A DNA stretch of 61,067 bases, counting the filler. It is 4 parts of 4 records of this genome, joined end to end, with 100 filler letters (N's around TTAATTAATTAA, not from the genome) between each part and the next. Parts side by side here need not be neighbours in the genome. Positions count along the whole stretch, not along the records: positions 44,727 to 52,669 come from SRR2962707_4908; positions 52,770 to 61,067 come from SRR2962707_4913; 2 more parts are not named here. One strand, written 5' to 3'. The notes beneath the pieces are model-generated. The model did no database searches. It saw only the letters and a list, made by a program, of their open reading frames with translations, and had not been told where the DNA came from. Below, one piece after another: positions 47,459 through 56,427 of the stretch. A program made the position numbers and the translations under genes. Position 1 is the stretch's first letter. Each line of letters starts with the position of its first letter.

Positions 47459-49810
47459 TCAGGCAGGTGCGATAGTTTCCAGCTCTTCGGCCTGTCTGGG
47501 CCAGGTAAAGGTAAAGGTTGATCCGGTGCCGTCTCCGCGGGACGTAACGTGGATCTCCCCTCCGTGCATCGTGATATGTTTACGTGAGATCGCCAGCCCC
47601 ATGCCGCTTCCTTCAACAGTGTCACGTGATTTCAGTGTCTGAAACATGCCAAAGATGCGTTCATGATACTGTGGATCGATGCCAGGACCGTCGTCAGACA
47701 CGCTGAATTCATAATGGGTAGGGGAGGCACTGACCGACACCCGGATCTCTCCGTTGGGGGAATCGTCGTGTTTGATTGCATTGGTGATCAGGTTCAGCAG
47801 AACAATACGTATTGGCATCTTGTGTATCACGATATGATCAAATTCGGGGGTGAATACCAGTTCCAAGCTGGGGGGAAGGGTCACCAAATCCGTCAGTTCA
47901 TCACGTAGTTCGACCCCGCTGACCAGTCGACTGCTGGTGACGCCGGTTTTCCGTCCGATCTTGGCATGTTCCAGAAGATCCTCCAGAAGCTGGGACATCC
48001 GTTCGGCCCGGCTGCGCAGCAGCGCAAGATTTTCTGTCATCTCTGCATCGTCTTGATCGCCAAGGTCTTCCTCGATCCAGGTCGACACATTGTGAATCGC
48101 GCGAAGGGGGGCCTGAAGATCGTGCGACGCGATATGCGAAAAACTGTTCAGTTCTTCGTTCGTGGCCTCCAGCGCCTCGACAAGTTCTTGGTTCGAGGCC
48201 TCCAGTGCCTCGATTAAAGACTGGCGTTCGGCTTCCCGTGCCTTTCTGAGAGTAATATCGCGCAGGACGCCCGCGTAGAAGCGGGCACCGTCAATCTCGA
48301 TCTGGTTGACGGTCAGTTCGATCGGAATGGACGCGCCGGACTTGTGCACAGCATGTCTTTCGACGGTTGTGCCCAAAGATACCGGCTCCCCGGTGGCGTC
48401 GGAATGGCCAACCTGCGCGTCATGCGCCAGACGATGAACGGTCGGCACCAATATACCGACGTTGCTGCCGGCCAATTGTGGCTTGGTAAAGTTGAAAATC
48501 TTGGTGATTGCCGGATTCACATCCTCGATCACGCCGTTTTCATCCCATATGATAACGCCATCCGATACGGCGTCGAAAATCGTTTTCGCCCGTTTTTCAC
48601 GTATGATCAGGCGTTCCACGAGCCCGTCGAAACTCTGTGCCAATTCGCCGATTTCGTCCTTACGATCAACAGGCAATTTTGGTCGCTTTGTGCCGGATCG
48701 CGCCCCTGCAATGATCGCGTTCATTCTGAGAAGGGGGTCAATTTCCTTTTTTGTGCCAATGATCGAAAAAATCATTGAAATCACCATCAGCACCACGATG
48801 CAGGCCACCAGAATGCTCGACGCGACGCGCGAAGCCGCCTTTGCCTCATTGGTTGGGGTGAGGATTGAAATTGCCAGAACTGAATCGCCGGGTGTGGCAC
48901 TGTTCAGACTTTTGCGGGCAACGGTCCATCCGGCAATATCCTCGACCGCTGGTACCGCCCCTCCCGCTGACAGGAAGGTAATCAATTCAGGGGGCAGGGG
49001 AACAGGTTGATCGATGTAGATCTGCCCTGTCTTCGCCTTGCCATCGTAAATGAACACCGTTCCGAACCCGTCGGTAAGAACGACGTCGCGATCAATATTG
49101 GCTCTCGCAAACGCCTTGAGGGCGAATGGCATCGCAAGGACATTGATCGCAATCATGCCAAACCGTGTCCCGTCCTCCGCAAACACCGGCACCGCATAGC
49201 GTGTGACGGCGACGCGCGGTTCCTGTATCCTGCCAAATTCCCGGTTCCAGGATACGCGGCCTTTGTAAGCTTCGCCTTCCTCCAACTGAAGCACTTCCTG
49301 GAAATAGGGTTCATTTCCCTTTTCCTGAAGCCTGTCCTTCCCCAGAATGATGACTTTCTGGTCCGGCCCCTTGTCCACGCGGATCAGTTCCCGACCATTG
49401 TCAGCCAGCCCGATCAGACGAATCTGCATGTATTCCGGGCGCATCTTGTGAAAGGATTCGAAAATAGACGACAACCGGAATGCCCAATCCGCCTCTGTCG
49501 AACTTCCATCGATCGGATCGACGCCGCCGCTGATTGCCGTGCGTGCCAATCCCCGGATCGGGGGTGTGTTCGCCAGAATTTCCAGATCCCGCACGATCGA
49601 TGAAATCGATGTTGCGATGCTGTCTGCGGCATTTTCCAGTTCTTTTAGATAAACGTCATTATTATGAGTCCGTTCCAGATGTCGAACGATCAGAAACCCT
49701 GCCACCCCGACCGCCAGCGCGCTTACCCCGGCGGTAAACATCGCCCGGGCAATCATTCGCCGCCTGAACGAGTTCTTGAACCAGAGTCTGAGACGGCCCG
49801 CCGGATTCAT
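47459..49810 (-). CDS. Sensor histidine kinase: TM, Cache-like periplasmic domain, TM, HAMP, PAS, HisKA, HATPase
   Basis: YMQIRLIG...GRELIRVD periplasmic motif, DEIGELAQSF HAMP, ASHDLQAPLR H-box, NLITNAIKH and EGSGMGL. Confidence 0.9.
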   Translation of the reverse strand: MNPAGRLRLWFKNSFRRRMIARAMFTAGVSALAVGVAGFLIVRHLERTHNNDVYLKELENAADSIATSISSIVRDLEILANTPPIRGLARTAISGGVDPIDGSSTEADWAFRLSSIFESFHKMRPEYMQIRLIGLADNGRELIRVDKGPDQKVIILGKDRLQEKGNEPYFQEVLQLEEGEAYKGRVSWNREFGRIQEPRVAVTRYAVPVFAEDGTRFGMIAINVLAMPFALKAFARANIDRDVVLTDGFGTVFIYDGKAKTGQIYIDQPVPLPPELITFLSAGGAVPAVEDIAGWTVARKSLNSATPGDSVLAISILTPTNEAKAASRVASSILVACIVVLMVISMIFSIIGTKKEIDPLLRMNAIIAGARSGTKRPKLPVDRKDEIGELAQSFDGLVERLIIREKRAKTIFDAVSDGVIIWDENGVIEDVNPAITKIFNFTKPQLAGSNVGILVPTVHRLAHDAQVGHSDATGEPVSLGTTVERHAVHKSGASIPIELTVNQIEIDGARFYAGVLRDITLRKAREAERQSLIEALEASNQELVEALEATNEELNSFSHIASHDLQAPLRAIHNVSTWIEEDLGDQDDAEMTENLALLRSRAERMSQLLEDLLEHAKIGRKTGVTSSRLVSGVELRDELTDLVTLPPSLELVFTPEFDHIVIHKMPIRIVLLNLITNAIKHDDSPNGEIRVSVSASPTHYEFSVSDDGPGIDPQYHERIFGMFQTLKSRDTVEGSGMGLAISRKHITMHGGEIHVTSRGDGTGSTFTFTWPRQAEELETIAPA
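48150..48213 (-). repeat. 33-bp tandem duplication in the kinase signalling helix
   Basis: 48150-48180 and 48183-48213 match at 28 of 31 nt; encodes IEALEASNQEL/VEALEATNEEL. Confidence 0.85.
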
Positions 49811-50435
49811 CAGAATCGCCTTATTCAGATTTCATATAGGCACTGTCTGGATCACATACCCCTTCTATGCCGTTAACGCGGTTTTTTGTGAAAGCAGCGG
49901 GGGATGTGTTCTGATTAAGAGCATCTTCAGGAATTTCCCGCAAATTCCGAATTCAAAGTCAGTAGATGCCTGGGGGCTTGGCGCATCCGATGGAAGAAAC
50001 AACAATGGACAGTCAGAAATACCCGTGGATTTGCGGGCCTTTTCTTGCGTTCGACCTGGATGGGGACAAGGCGGGCCGTTCTCGGCCTATCGATATCTTT
50101 CGTCAGGGGGGGGCAGAACTGGAATTCCACGACGCCGGGGACAAAGGCGAATTGGCCGTCGCGGCGGGGCAAAGCGAAATTGTTGTAATCTTTGGTGACC
50201 TACATCCTGCCTGTACGAAAGGCGCGGGCAAAGGGGGCACCGCGGGTACCCGACGCAACCGCCGTGGGCAGGGCGGCATGTGGTACGTGATGAGGCCCCT
50301 GAACAAGGGCCTGGCAGCTGACCGGCACCGGCCGCGTTTCGATATAATTTCCAGCGTTGGGCAAAGCGATCCGGTCCGCCGCTGTAGGAGCCAGGGTCTC
50401 ACGCTTCACCGCACTGAAATTTGGGGAGTTTTGCG

Positions 50436-50882
50436 ATGACGTATCACACAGCCCAGACCACGCCTCCGCTTGAGATCATAATGATCGAGGATGATGATTT
50501 CGACGCCAAACAGCTGCGCCGCACACTGGCCTCCACTGGGATCAAGAATAATCTGACGCGCTGCGTTGATGGCGTCGCGGCGCTTGAATATCTGCGGCAA
50601 GAGGGTGCAGATATTCCACGCGCCTTCATCATCCTTCTCGACATCAACATGCCACGGATGAATGGTCACGAGTTTCTGGCAGAGATCCGGGCGGACCCGA
50701 AACTTCGCCGGTCCTTGGTTTTCGTCATGTCCACATCCACGGATGAGCGGGACATCAACTCTGCCTATGACAAGAATGTCGCCGGCTATGTCGTCAAAGG
50801 CGGAAAATCCGAAGAGAATCAGGAGCTTTTCAAAGTTCTGAACGAAATCTGGAACCTGGTGCTCTTTCCGGACGTGAACTGA
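50436..50882 (+). CDS. Single-domain response regulator (Rcp1-like)
   Basis: IEDD, LLDINMPRMNGHEFL, MSTS and AGYVVK motifs; no output domain. Confidence 0.92.
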   Translation: MTYHTAQTTPPLEIIMIEDDDFDAKQLRRTLASTGIKNNLTRCVDGVAALEYLRQEGADIPRAFIILLDINMPRMNGHEFLAEIRADPKLRRSLVFVMSTSTDERDINSAYDKNVAGYVVKGGKSEENQELFKVLNEIWNLVLFPDVN

Positions 50883-50884
50883 GA

Positions 50885-51997
50885 ATGAACAGTCAGGCTG
50901 AGAGTATTGATATTCTGATCGTTGACGATGACAGCTTTGATCGACGTTCGGTGTCGCGTCTTCTCAAACGTGCATTCCCAAATGTAGCACTTCGAGAAGC
51001 TGCTGGTCGAGAAGACGCGCTGCGCGAGGCAGAGCGCGAACCTGATGTTGTCATTTTCGACTACCGGCTGCCGGGATGTAGCGGTCTGGACGTAATGGCT
51101 GAATTTGTGGCGAAATGGCCTTATCTGACTTGTATCGTCATGACCGGCGAAGGCGATGAAGATATTGCCACGGCCGCCATAAAAGGTGGGGCATTCGACT
51201 ATATCAACAAAAGGAAGCTGACCGAAAACGCTGTGCACCGGATGGTGAGCCACGGGCTAAAACGCAGTCTAATGAACCGCAAGCTTGATGAACAAAGGCA
51301 GGAACTGGAAGTCTTCGCCGACGTGCTGATCCATGATCTCAAGGCGCCGATACGTGCGGTGGCCTTTTTGACCGATCAGATCAAGATGGATATGGCAGAC
51401 GGGGATGAGGCATCCGTCAAGACGGGGTTTGATTTGCTGGCGCGTTCGGCCAAACAGATGAGTTCCCTGATTGACAGCCTCGCCAAACACATCCGGCTGA
51501 ACAAGGATGTCGAATTCGAAATCGCCAGTCTGAGGGATATGGCAGAGGCTGCTTTGGCTGCTTTGCGTCTGGACGTATCAGAGGGCAACGCAACCGTGGA
51601 TCTGGATTTTGAGGATGTTCAGATCTGTTGTTGCGCCCCGCAGGTCATCCAGATGCTTCAGAATTTGATTTCCAACGCGATCAAATATCGGGGCGACGCA
51701 GATCCCAAGATCGTCGTTTCCGTCGGTGCGGTGAACCAAGACAGAATTACCCTTTTGGTCAAGGACAATGGCACCGGGATCCCAGAGGAGTTTCTGGATC
51801 GCATTTTCGAACCGTTCAAACGTGCCCCGTCCCGAACTGGTGTGGCCGGTACCGGCCTTGGGTTGGCGACATGCGTTAAGGTCGCTCAGCGACACGGAGG
51901 AACCATCAGGTGCACATCCGCAATGAACGTCGGCAGCACCTTTGCAATCGATATGGCCGTGTCACCCGAGGTGAACCGGCTCCTTAGCGCGGTGTGA
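50885..51997 (+). CDS. Hybrid REC-HisKA-HATPase kinase
   Basis: VDDD and FDYRLPG receiver; IHDLKAPIR H-box, NLISNAIKY, DNGTGI and GTGLGL. Confidence 0.92.
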   Translation: MNSQAESIDILIVDDDSFDRRSVSRLLKRAFPNVALREAAGREDALREAEREPDVVIFDYRLPGCSGLDVMAEFVAKWPYLTCIVMTGEGDEDIATAAIKGGAFDYINKRKLTENAVHRMVSHGLKRSLMNRKLDEQRQELEVFADVLIHDLKAPIRAVAFLTDQIKMDMADGDEASVKTGFDLLARSAKQMSSLIDSLAKHIRLNKDVEFEIASLRDMAEAALAALRLDVSEGNATVDLDFEDVQICCCAPQVIQMLQNLISNAIKYRGDADPKIVVSVGAVNQDRITLLVKDNGTGIPEEFLDRIFEPFKRAPSRTGVAGTGLGLATCVKVAQRHGGTIRCTSAMNVGSTFAIDMAVSPEVNRLLSAV

Positions 51998-52385
51998 TCC
52001 CGGGCCAGTCTTGGCCAAACGCGACCGCCCGAACAGAGCGGCATAGACCCCCATTGTTCTCCCGTTGCCGATGGCCTGCACCCAGCATGACTAAAACGTT
52101 CGAAAACACCCAAAGGATAAAATTTGTGACTGGAGAAGACAGTAGCGTGGCGCCAGAGGCCGAAAGCCATGACTGATCATACTCTGGGCACGGAGTGATT
52201 GTGTCGAATCCACACGTCAAAGACGGATATGCTTGGTCCCGCCAAATTTTAAAAGCCGAACATTGGAGTACGAAGCGCGACAGTTTCGTCTTCGATGTGC
52301 AAAACCCAGAAGATGATGTCGAAAGCTGCCCATACGGGCAGATTAGCAAGCTTATGCTCCAAATTTGCGCTCTTTGGTGGCCACA

Positions 52386-52669
52386 GGCGTTGTTGCAGAG
52401 CTCTGATTGTTGAGGATTCACATTGCGAATCCATGCGGTTACACGGGCCGCATAACAAACCATTACCCTCCCGCTACCGCACAACGAACTGGCCCGGCGA
52501 CACGGCGTCGCTGGGCAATCGTGGTTCACTGTTGATCTGGTTTGACAGGGGCATGATCTGGCTCGCGCCGAAGGATGGTCGCCCCCGTCGCCCTCATCAA
52601 CCACTTCAACGCACTCGGCGCCGCCGAAATGGTCCGCGCGGCTTGAGATCAACAGGGAAAGGGGAAACC
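52386..52669 (+). mobile_element. Internally deleted IS5-family (IS903 group) remnant, right end cut by contig end
   Basis: Left IR-like GGCGTTGTTGCA at 52386; transposase N-terminus (RYRTTNW...RGSLLIWFD...WLAP) joined out of frame to its C-terminus (VALINHFNALGAAEMVRAA*, stop 52644-52646); no intact start codon. Confidence 0.82.
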
Positions 52670-52769
52670 NNNNNNNNNNNNNNNNNNNNNNNNNNNNNNN
52701 NNNNNNNNNNNNNTTAATTAATTAANNNNNNNNNNNNNNNNNNNNNNNNNNNNNNNNNNNNNNNNNNNN
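52670..52769. other. Artificial contig linker
   Basis: N44-TTAATTAATTAA-N44. Confidence 0.98.
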
Positions 52770-52785
52770 AAGAGGGAGATGAATA

Positions 52786-53010
52786 ATGAGACGTGGTTTC
52801 TTCCGCCGCCGCAAAACGTGCCCTTTTTCTGGCACCAATGCGCCTAAGATCGATTACAAGGATCTCAAACTGCTCGGTCGTTATGTTTCCGAGCGTGGCA
52901 AGATCGTCCCCAGCCGCATCACGGCTGTTTCTGCGAAGAAGCAACGGGAACTGGCACGCGCCATCAAGCGCGCCCGCTTCCTCGGTCTTCTTCCCTACGT
53001 CCTCAAGTAA
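52786..53010 (+). CDS. rpsR: 30S ribosomal protein S18
   Basis: IDYKD...[30 protein letters not shown]. Confidence 0.97.
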   Translation: MRRGFFRRRKTCPFSGTNAPKIDYKDLKLLGRYVSERGKIVPSRITAVSAKKQRELARAIKRARFLGLLPYVLK

Positions 53011-53047
53011 GACGTAGGCGCAGACGCGCATAAACGGACAAATCGGT

Positions 53048-53992
53048 ATGCCCCTCTCCCCCATTATGGCGTTTAGCGCCGGAATTTGTAGCGCGGTCGC
53101 GGTGTTCTCCATCGTGTTCGGCTCTATTCTTGCGCTTCCGCTGTTCTATCTCGCGCCACTGCCATTGTATCTGGCAGGCCTCGGGATTGGGACGACGGGG
53201 GTTATCACCGCAGGACTGACGGCTGTTTTCACTGCCGGACTGATCGGTTCTGCGTATACCGCGCTTCCGTTTGCATTTGCCTATGCTGTTCCGGCTATCA
53301 TGCTGTGCCAGATGGCATTACGCACTCAGCCCGACGCAAATGGGAACCCGGTCTGGTATCCAGCCGGCAACCTTGTCGGGACATTAACCGTCGTCGGTGC
53401 CACTGCCCTCGTTTTTTTCGCCGTCATGGCGATTATGGACGAAGGTGCTGGCCCACTGCAGGAAATCGTCGCAGGTTTGATCGGCAGTGCACTGGAAAGG
53501 ATGGGGTCGGATATTCCGGCTGAAGTCCGCTCCAATCTCGCCGGCAGTCTTGCGCCGTTCTTTCCCGGCATGGCGGTTGCAAGCTGGGTCGTCATGCATC
53601 TGGTGAATGCTGCAGCCGGTCAAGCAGCGTTGGTTAAATCAGAGCGCAATCTGCGGCCGAAAATCTCCTATGCCAATATTCAGCTCCCGGACTGGTGTTC
53701 ATGGCTGTTGGTTGGCGCAGGTGTTATCACCCTAGTGGTTCCCGGAGACTGGAGCTATCTCGGGCGTAATCTTGTGATCGTGGCATTGGTGCCGTTTTTC
53801 CTGCTGGGTCTTGCCGTTGTGCATACCTTCGCGCGCAGGATCTCAAACGGCATGTTGATGCTTGTCGCGTTTTACGTACTTCTCATGGTGCTGGGTTGGA
53901 CCGCGTTTCTGGTCGCTGGCGCCGGTGTTTTGGAACAATGGATCGGTTTGCGTAACAGAATGCGGCCGATCAATGACCAGGAGAGTGAATAA
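53048..53992 (+). CDS. DUF2232/YybS-family membrane protein
   Basis: Polytopic, with [17 protein letters not shown] and LGLAVVH motifs; conserved position between rpsR and rplI. Confidence 0.8.
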   Translation: MPLSPIMAFSAGICSAVAVFSIVFGSILALPLFYLAPLPLYLAGLGIGTTGVITAGLTAVFTAGLIGSAYTALPFAFAYAVPAIMLCQMALRTQPDANGNPVWYPAGNLVGTLTVVGATALVFFAVMAIMDEGAGPLQEIVAGLIGSALERMGSDIPAEVRSNLAGSLAPFFPGMAVASWVVMHLVNAAAGQAALVKSERNLRPKISYANIQLPDWCSWLLVGAGVITLVVPGDWSYLGRNLVIVALVPFFLLGLAVVHTFARRISNGMLMLVAFYVLLMVLGWTAFLVAGAGVLEQWIGLRNRMRPINDQESE

Positions 53993-54702
53993 TGGAAGTC
54001 ATTCTGTTGGAGCGTATCGAAAAACTCGGTCAGATGGGCGATATCGTTACCGTTAAGCCCGGCTTTGCCCGTAATTTTCTGCTCCCTAAAGGAAAAGCCC
54101 TCCGGGCTACCGACAATAACAAGTCTCACTTCGAAGCGCAGCGTGCGCAGCTCGAAGCCGAGAACCTGAAGAGAAAGTCAGAAGCGGAAGCCGTGGCTGC
54201 GAAGATGGGCGACATGAAAGTCGTTCTGATCCGTCAGGCCGGCGATGCCGGTCAGCTTTACGGCTCAGTATCCGGTCGTGATATTGCGGATGCCGTGACT
54301 GCCGCCGGTGTAACCATTCGACGGGGTCAGGTCATCCTCGACAAGCCGATCAAAACGATCGGCATGCACGATGTCCGCGTCGAGCTTCATGGCGAAGTGA
54401 TCGTCACCGTGACGGCGAACGTCGCCCGCTCGCAGGACGAAGCGGAAACCCAGGAAAAGACCGGCGCAGCTGTGCTTTCCCTGGCTCAGCAGGAACAGGT
54501 CGAAATCGAAGCTGAAGCAGAAGCTGCTGCTGAAGCTGCGATCGCCGTTGCCGAACAGGCCGGCGCGATCTTCGAAGATGGTGCTGCTGAAGATGCCGTC
54601 GCTGAAGCCGAGGCGGCTGCCGCTGATGAAGCCGATGCTGAAGAAGCCCCTGCGGCTGACGCTGTCGAAGAAGAAACTGCTGACGAAGACAAGCCTGCCT
54701 AG
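53992..54702 (+). CDS. rplI: 50S ribosomal protein L9 with a long acidic tail
   Basis: MEVILLERI...[12 protein letters not shown] and GQLYGSVS motifs. Confidence 0.97.
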   Translation: MEVILLERIEKLGQMGDIVTVKPGFARNFLLPKGKALRATDNNKSHFEAQRAQLEAENLKRKSEAEAVAAKMGDMKVVLIRQAGDAGQLYGSVSGRDIADAVTAAGVTIRRGQVILDKPIKTIGMHDVRVELHGEVIVTVTANVARSQDEAETQEKTGAAVLSLAQQEQVEIEAEAEAAAEAAIAVAEQAGAIFEDGAAEDAVAEAEAAAADEADAEEAPAADAVEEETADEDKPA

Positions 54703-54727
54703 GCTTTTCGACAGCATTGATATCTCG

Positions 54728-54758
54728 AGGGGCGTACCTGCAAGGGTGCGCCCCTTTT
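54728..54758 (+). terminator. Intrinsic terminator after rplI
   Basis: AGGGGCGTACCT-GCAA-GGGTGCGCCCCT-TTT, with a GNRA loop. Confidence 0.8.
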
Positions 54759-54841
54759 GATTCGTATAAGCAAGACGGTTCGCTGAGTCCTTTTCAAAAG
54801 TCAAATACTCATATCTATAAAACGCCGCCTTTTTTTCTCTC

Positions 54842-54869
54842 TTTTCCACGTTATCCACACATATCCACA
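54842..54869 (+). promoter_or_regulatory. Three tandem DnaA boxes upstream of dnaB
   Basis: TTTTCCACG (54842), TTATCCACA (54851, perfect) and ATATCCACA (54861), all co-oriented. Confidence 0.75.
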
Positions 54870-54904
54870 GCACCGTTATTCAAAGACAAGAGTATGGTCC
54901 GCTC

Positions 54905-56416
54905 ATGGTTGGAAACACGGCAAATACCTCCCCGGACTACATCCCGGACGATGAAACGAGTGATCTCGAGACCCCGGCATACCGTCAATTGCCGCGTAAT
55001 ATCGAGGCTGAACGTGGTCTGCTGGGTGCGATATTTGTTGATAACCGGGCCCTCGAACAGGTTGCCGAGTTTCTGCAGGCAGAACATTTTGCGCTAACCG
55101 CCCACGCCCGTATTTTCGAAGCGATGATGAAGCTGATAGATCGCGGTCAAATTGCCGACCCGACAACGCTGCGTCCATACTTCGAGGCTGACAGTTCACT
55201 CGATGACATTGGCGGCGCCCAATATCTGGCGCATCTTGCCGCCAGCGCCATCAACGTCATAAATGCCCGTGAATACGGCCGTATTATCTATGACATGCAC
55301 CTGCGCCGCGAGTTGATCTCGCTTGGTGAACGTGTCGTCAATGATGCCTATGATAACGACATCGATCTGGAAGCCACGTCTCAGATCGAAGAAGCGGAAC
55401 AAGCCCTGTATGACCTGGCAACGACCGGCGATTTCGATGGCGGCTTCCAGCCATTCAAGACCGCCGTCATGGAAGCCATCAAGGTTGCTGACGCTGCGCA
55501 TGCCCGCCAGGGCGGCCTGGCCGGGGTCGGCACCGACCTTCTGGACCTTGATAAACTCCTTGGCGGTTTGCACCGGTCAGACTTGCTGATCCTCGCCGGA
55601 CGCCCGGCCATGGGGAAAACGGCACTGGCTACCAATATCGCCTACAACGCCGCCAAGAACCACCTCGACACCAAGGGCAACGAAGGTGCCGTGGTCGGGT
55701 TCTTCTCACTGGAAATGTCGGCCGAACAGCTTGCCGCACGTATTCTATCGGAACAATCGAACGTATCTTCCGACCGGATGCGAAAAGGCGAATTGACCAA
55801 TGAGGAATTTTCGCGCCTTGCCCAGGCATCGAACCTGCTCCATGAAGTGCCGATTTTTATCGACGACACCCCTGCACTGACCGTCAGTGCGCTCCGCACA
55901 CGGGCACGCCGACTTAAGCGTCAAAATGATCTGGGCTTGATCGTCGTCGATTACCTTCAGCTGATCAGCGGCAGCGCCAAATCGCGTTCCGACGGTCGTG
56001 TTCAGGAAGTTTCGGAAATCACCCGTGGCCTGAAGACTCTGGCCAAGGAACTGGACGTACCGGTGCTGGCACTGTCACAGTTGTCGCGTCAGGTCGAAAG
56101 CCGCGAAGACAAGCGCCCACAGCTTGCTGACCTTCGCGAATCGGGTTCCATCGAACAGGACGCAGACGTCGTCATGTTCATCTATCGTGACGAATATTAT
56201 CTGGATAAGGCGGAACCCATGCAGCGCCCCGACGAGAGCGGTGAAAAGTTCGCCCAGCGTCAGGCCGGATGGGAAGAACGCATTGAACGGGCGCGCGGCA
56301 AGGCCGAAGTCATTGTCGCCAAACAGCGGCACGGCCCCGTCGGCAGCGTCAAGCTGGCCTTCATCGGCGAGTTCACCCGCTTCGGCAACCTTGACCCGCA
56401 TCATGAAGATTACTGA
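54905..56416 (+). CDS. dnaB: Replicative DNA helicase
   Basis: AGRPAMGKT, FFSLEMS, VDYLQL, LSQLSR and DLRESGSIEQDAD motifs; no intein-sized insertion. Confidence 0.98.
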   Translation: MVGNTANTSPDYIPDDETSDLETPAYRQLPRNIEAERGLLGAIFVDNRALEQVAEFLQAEHFALTAHARIFEAMMKLIDRGQIADPTTLRPYFEADSSLDDIGGAQYLAHLAASAINVINAREYGRIIYDMHLRRELISLGERVVNDAYDNDIDLEATSQIEEAEQALYDLATTGDFDGGFQPFKTAVMEAIKVADAAHARQGGLAGVGTDLLDLDKLLGGLHRSDLLILAGRPAMGKTALATNIAYNAAKNHLDTKGNEGAVVGFFSLEMSAEQLAARILSEQSNVSSDRMRKGELTNEEFSRLAQASNLLHEVPIFIDDTPALTVSALRTRARRLKRQNDLGLIVVDYLQLISGSAKSRSDGRVQEVSEITRGLKTLAKELDVPVLALSQLSRQVESREDKRPQLADLRESGSIEQDADVVMFIYRDEYYLDKAEPMQRPDESGEKFAQRQAGWEERIERARGKAEVIVAKQRHGPVGSVKLAFIGEFTRFGNLDPHHEDY

Positions 56417-56427
56417 ATATAGATGGC

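Noticed and set aside
49966..50439. 157-aa ORF with a G8 tract (50106-50113) as a phase-variable gene
   Set aside because: No recognisable domain and an Arg/Gly-rich tail that looks non-coding; G8 is short and heterogeneity cannot be assessed without reads.
54703..54904. Chromosomal replication origin
   Set aside because: Only three boxes in about 200 bp, directly before a gene, and not in a dnaA or hemE context; a regulated promoter is simpler. GC-skew analysis would decide.
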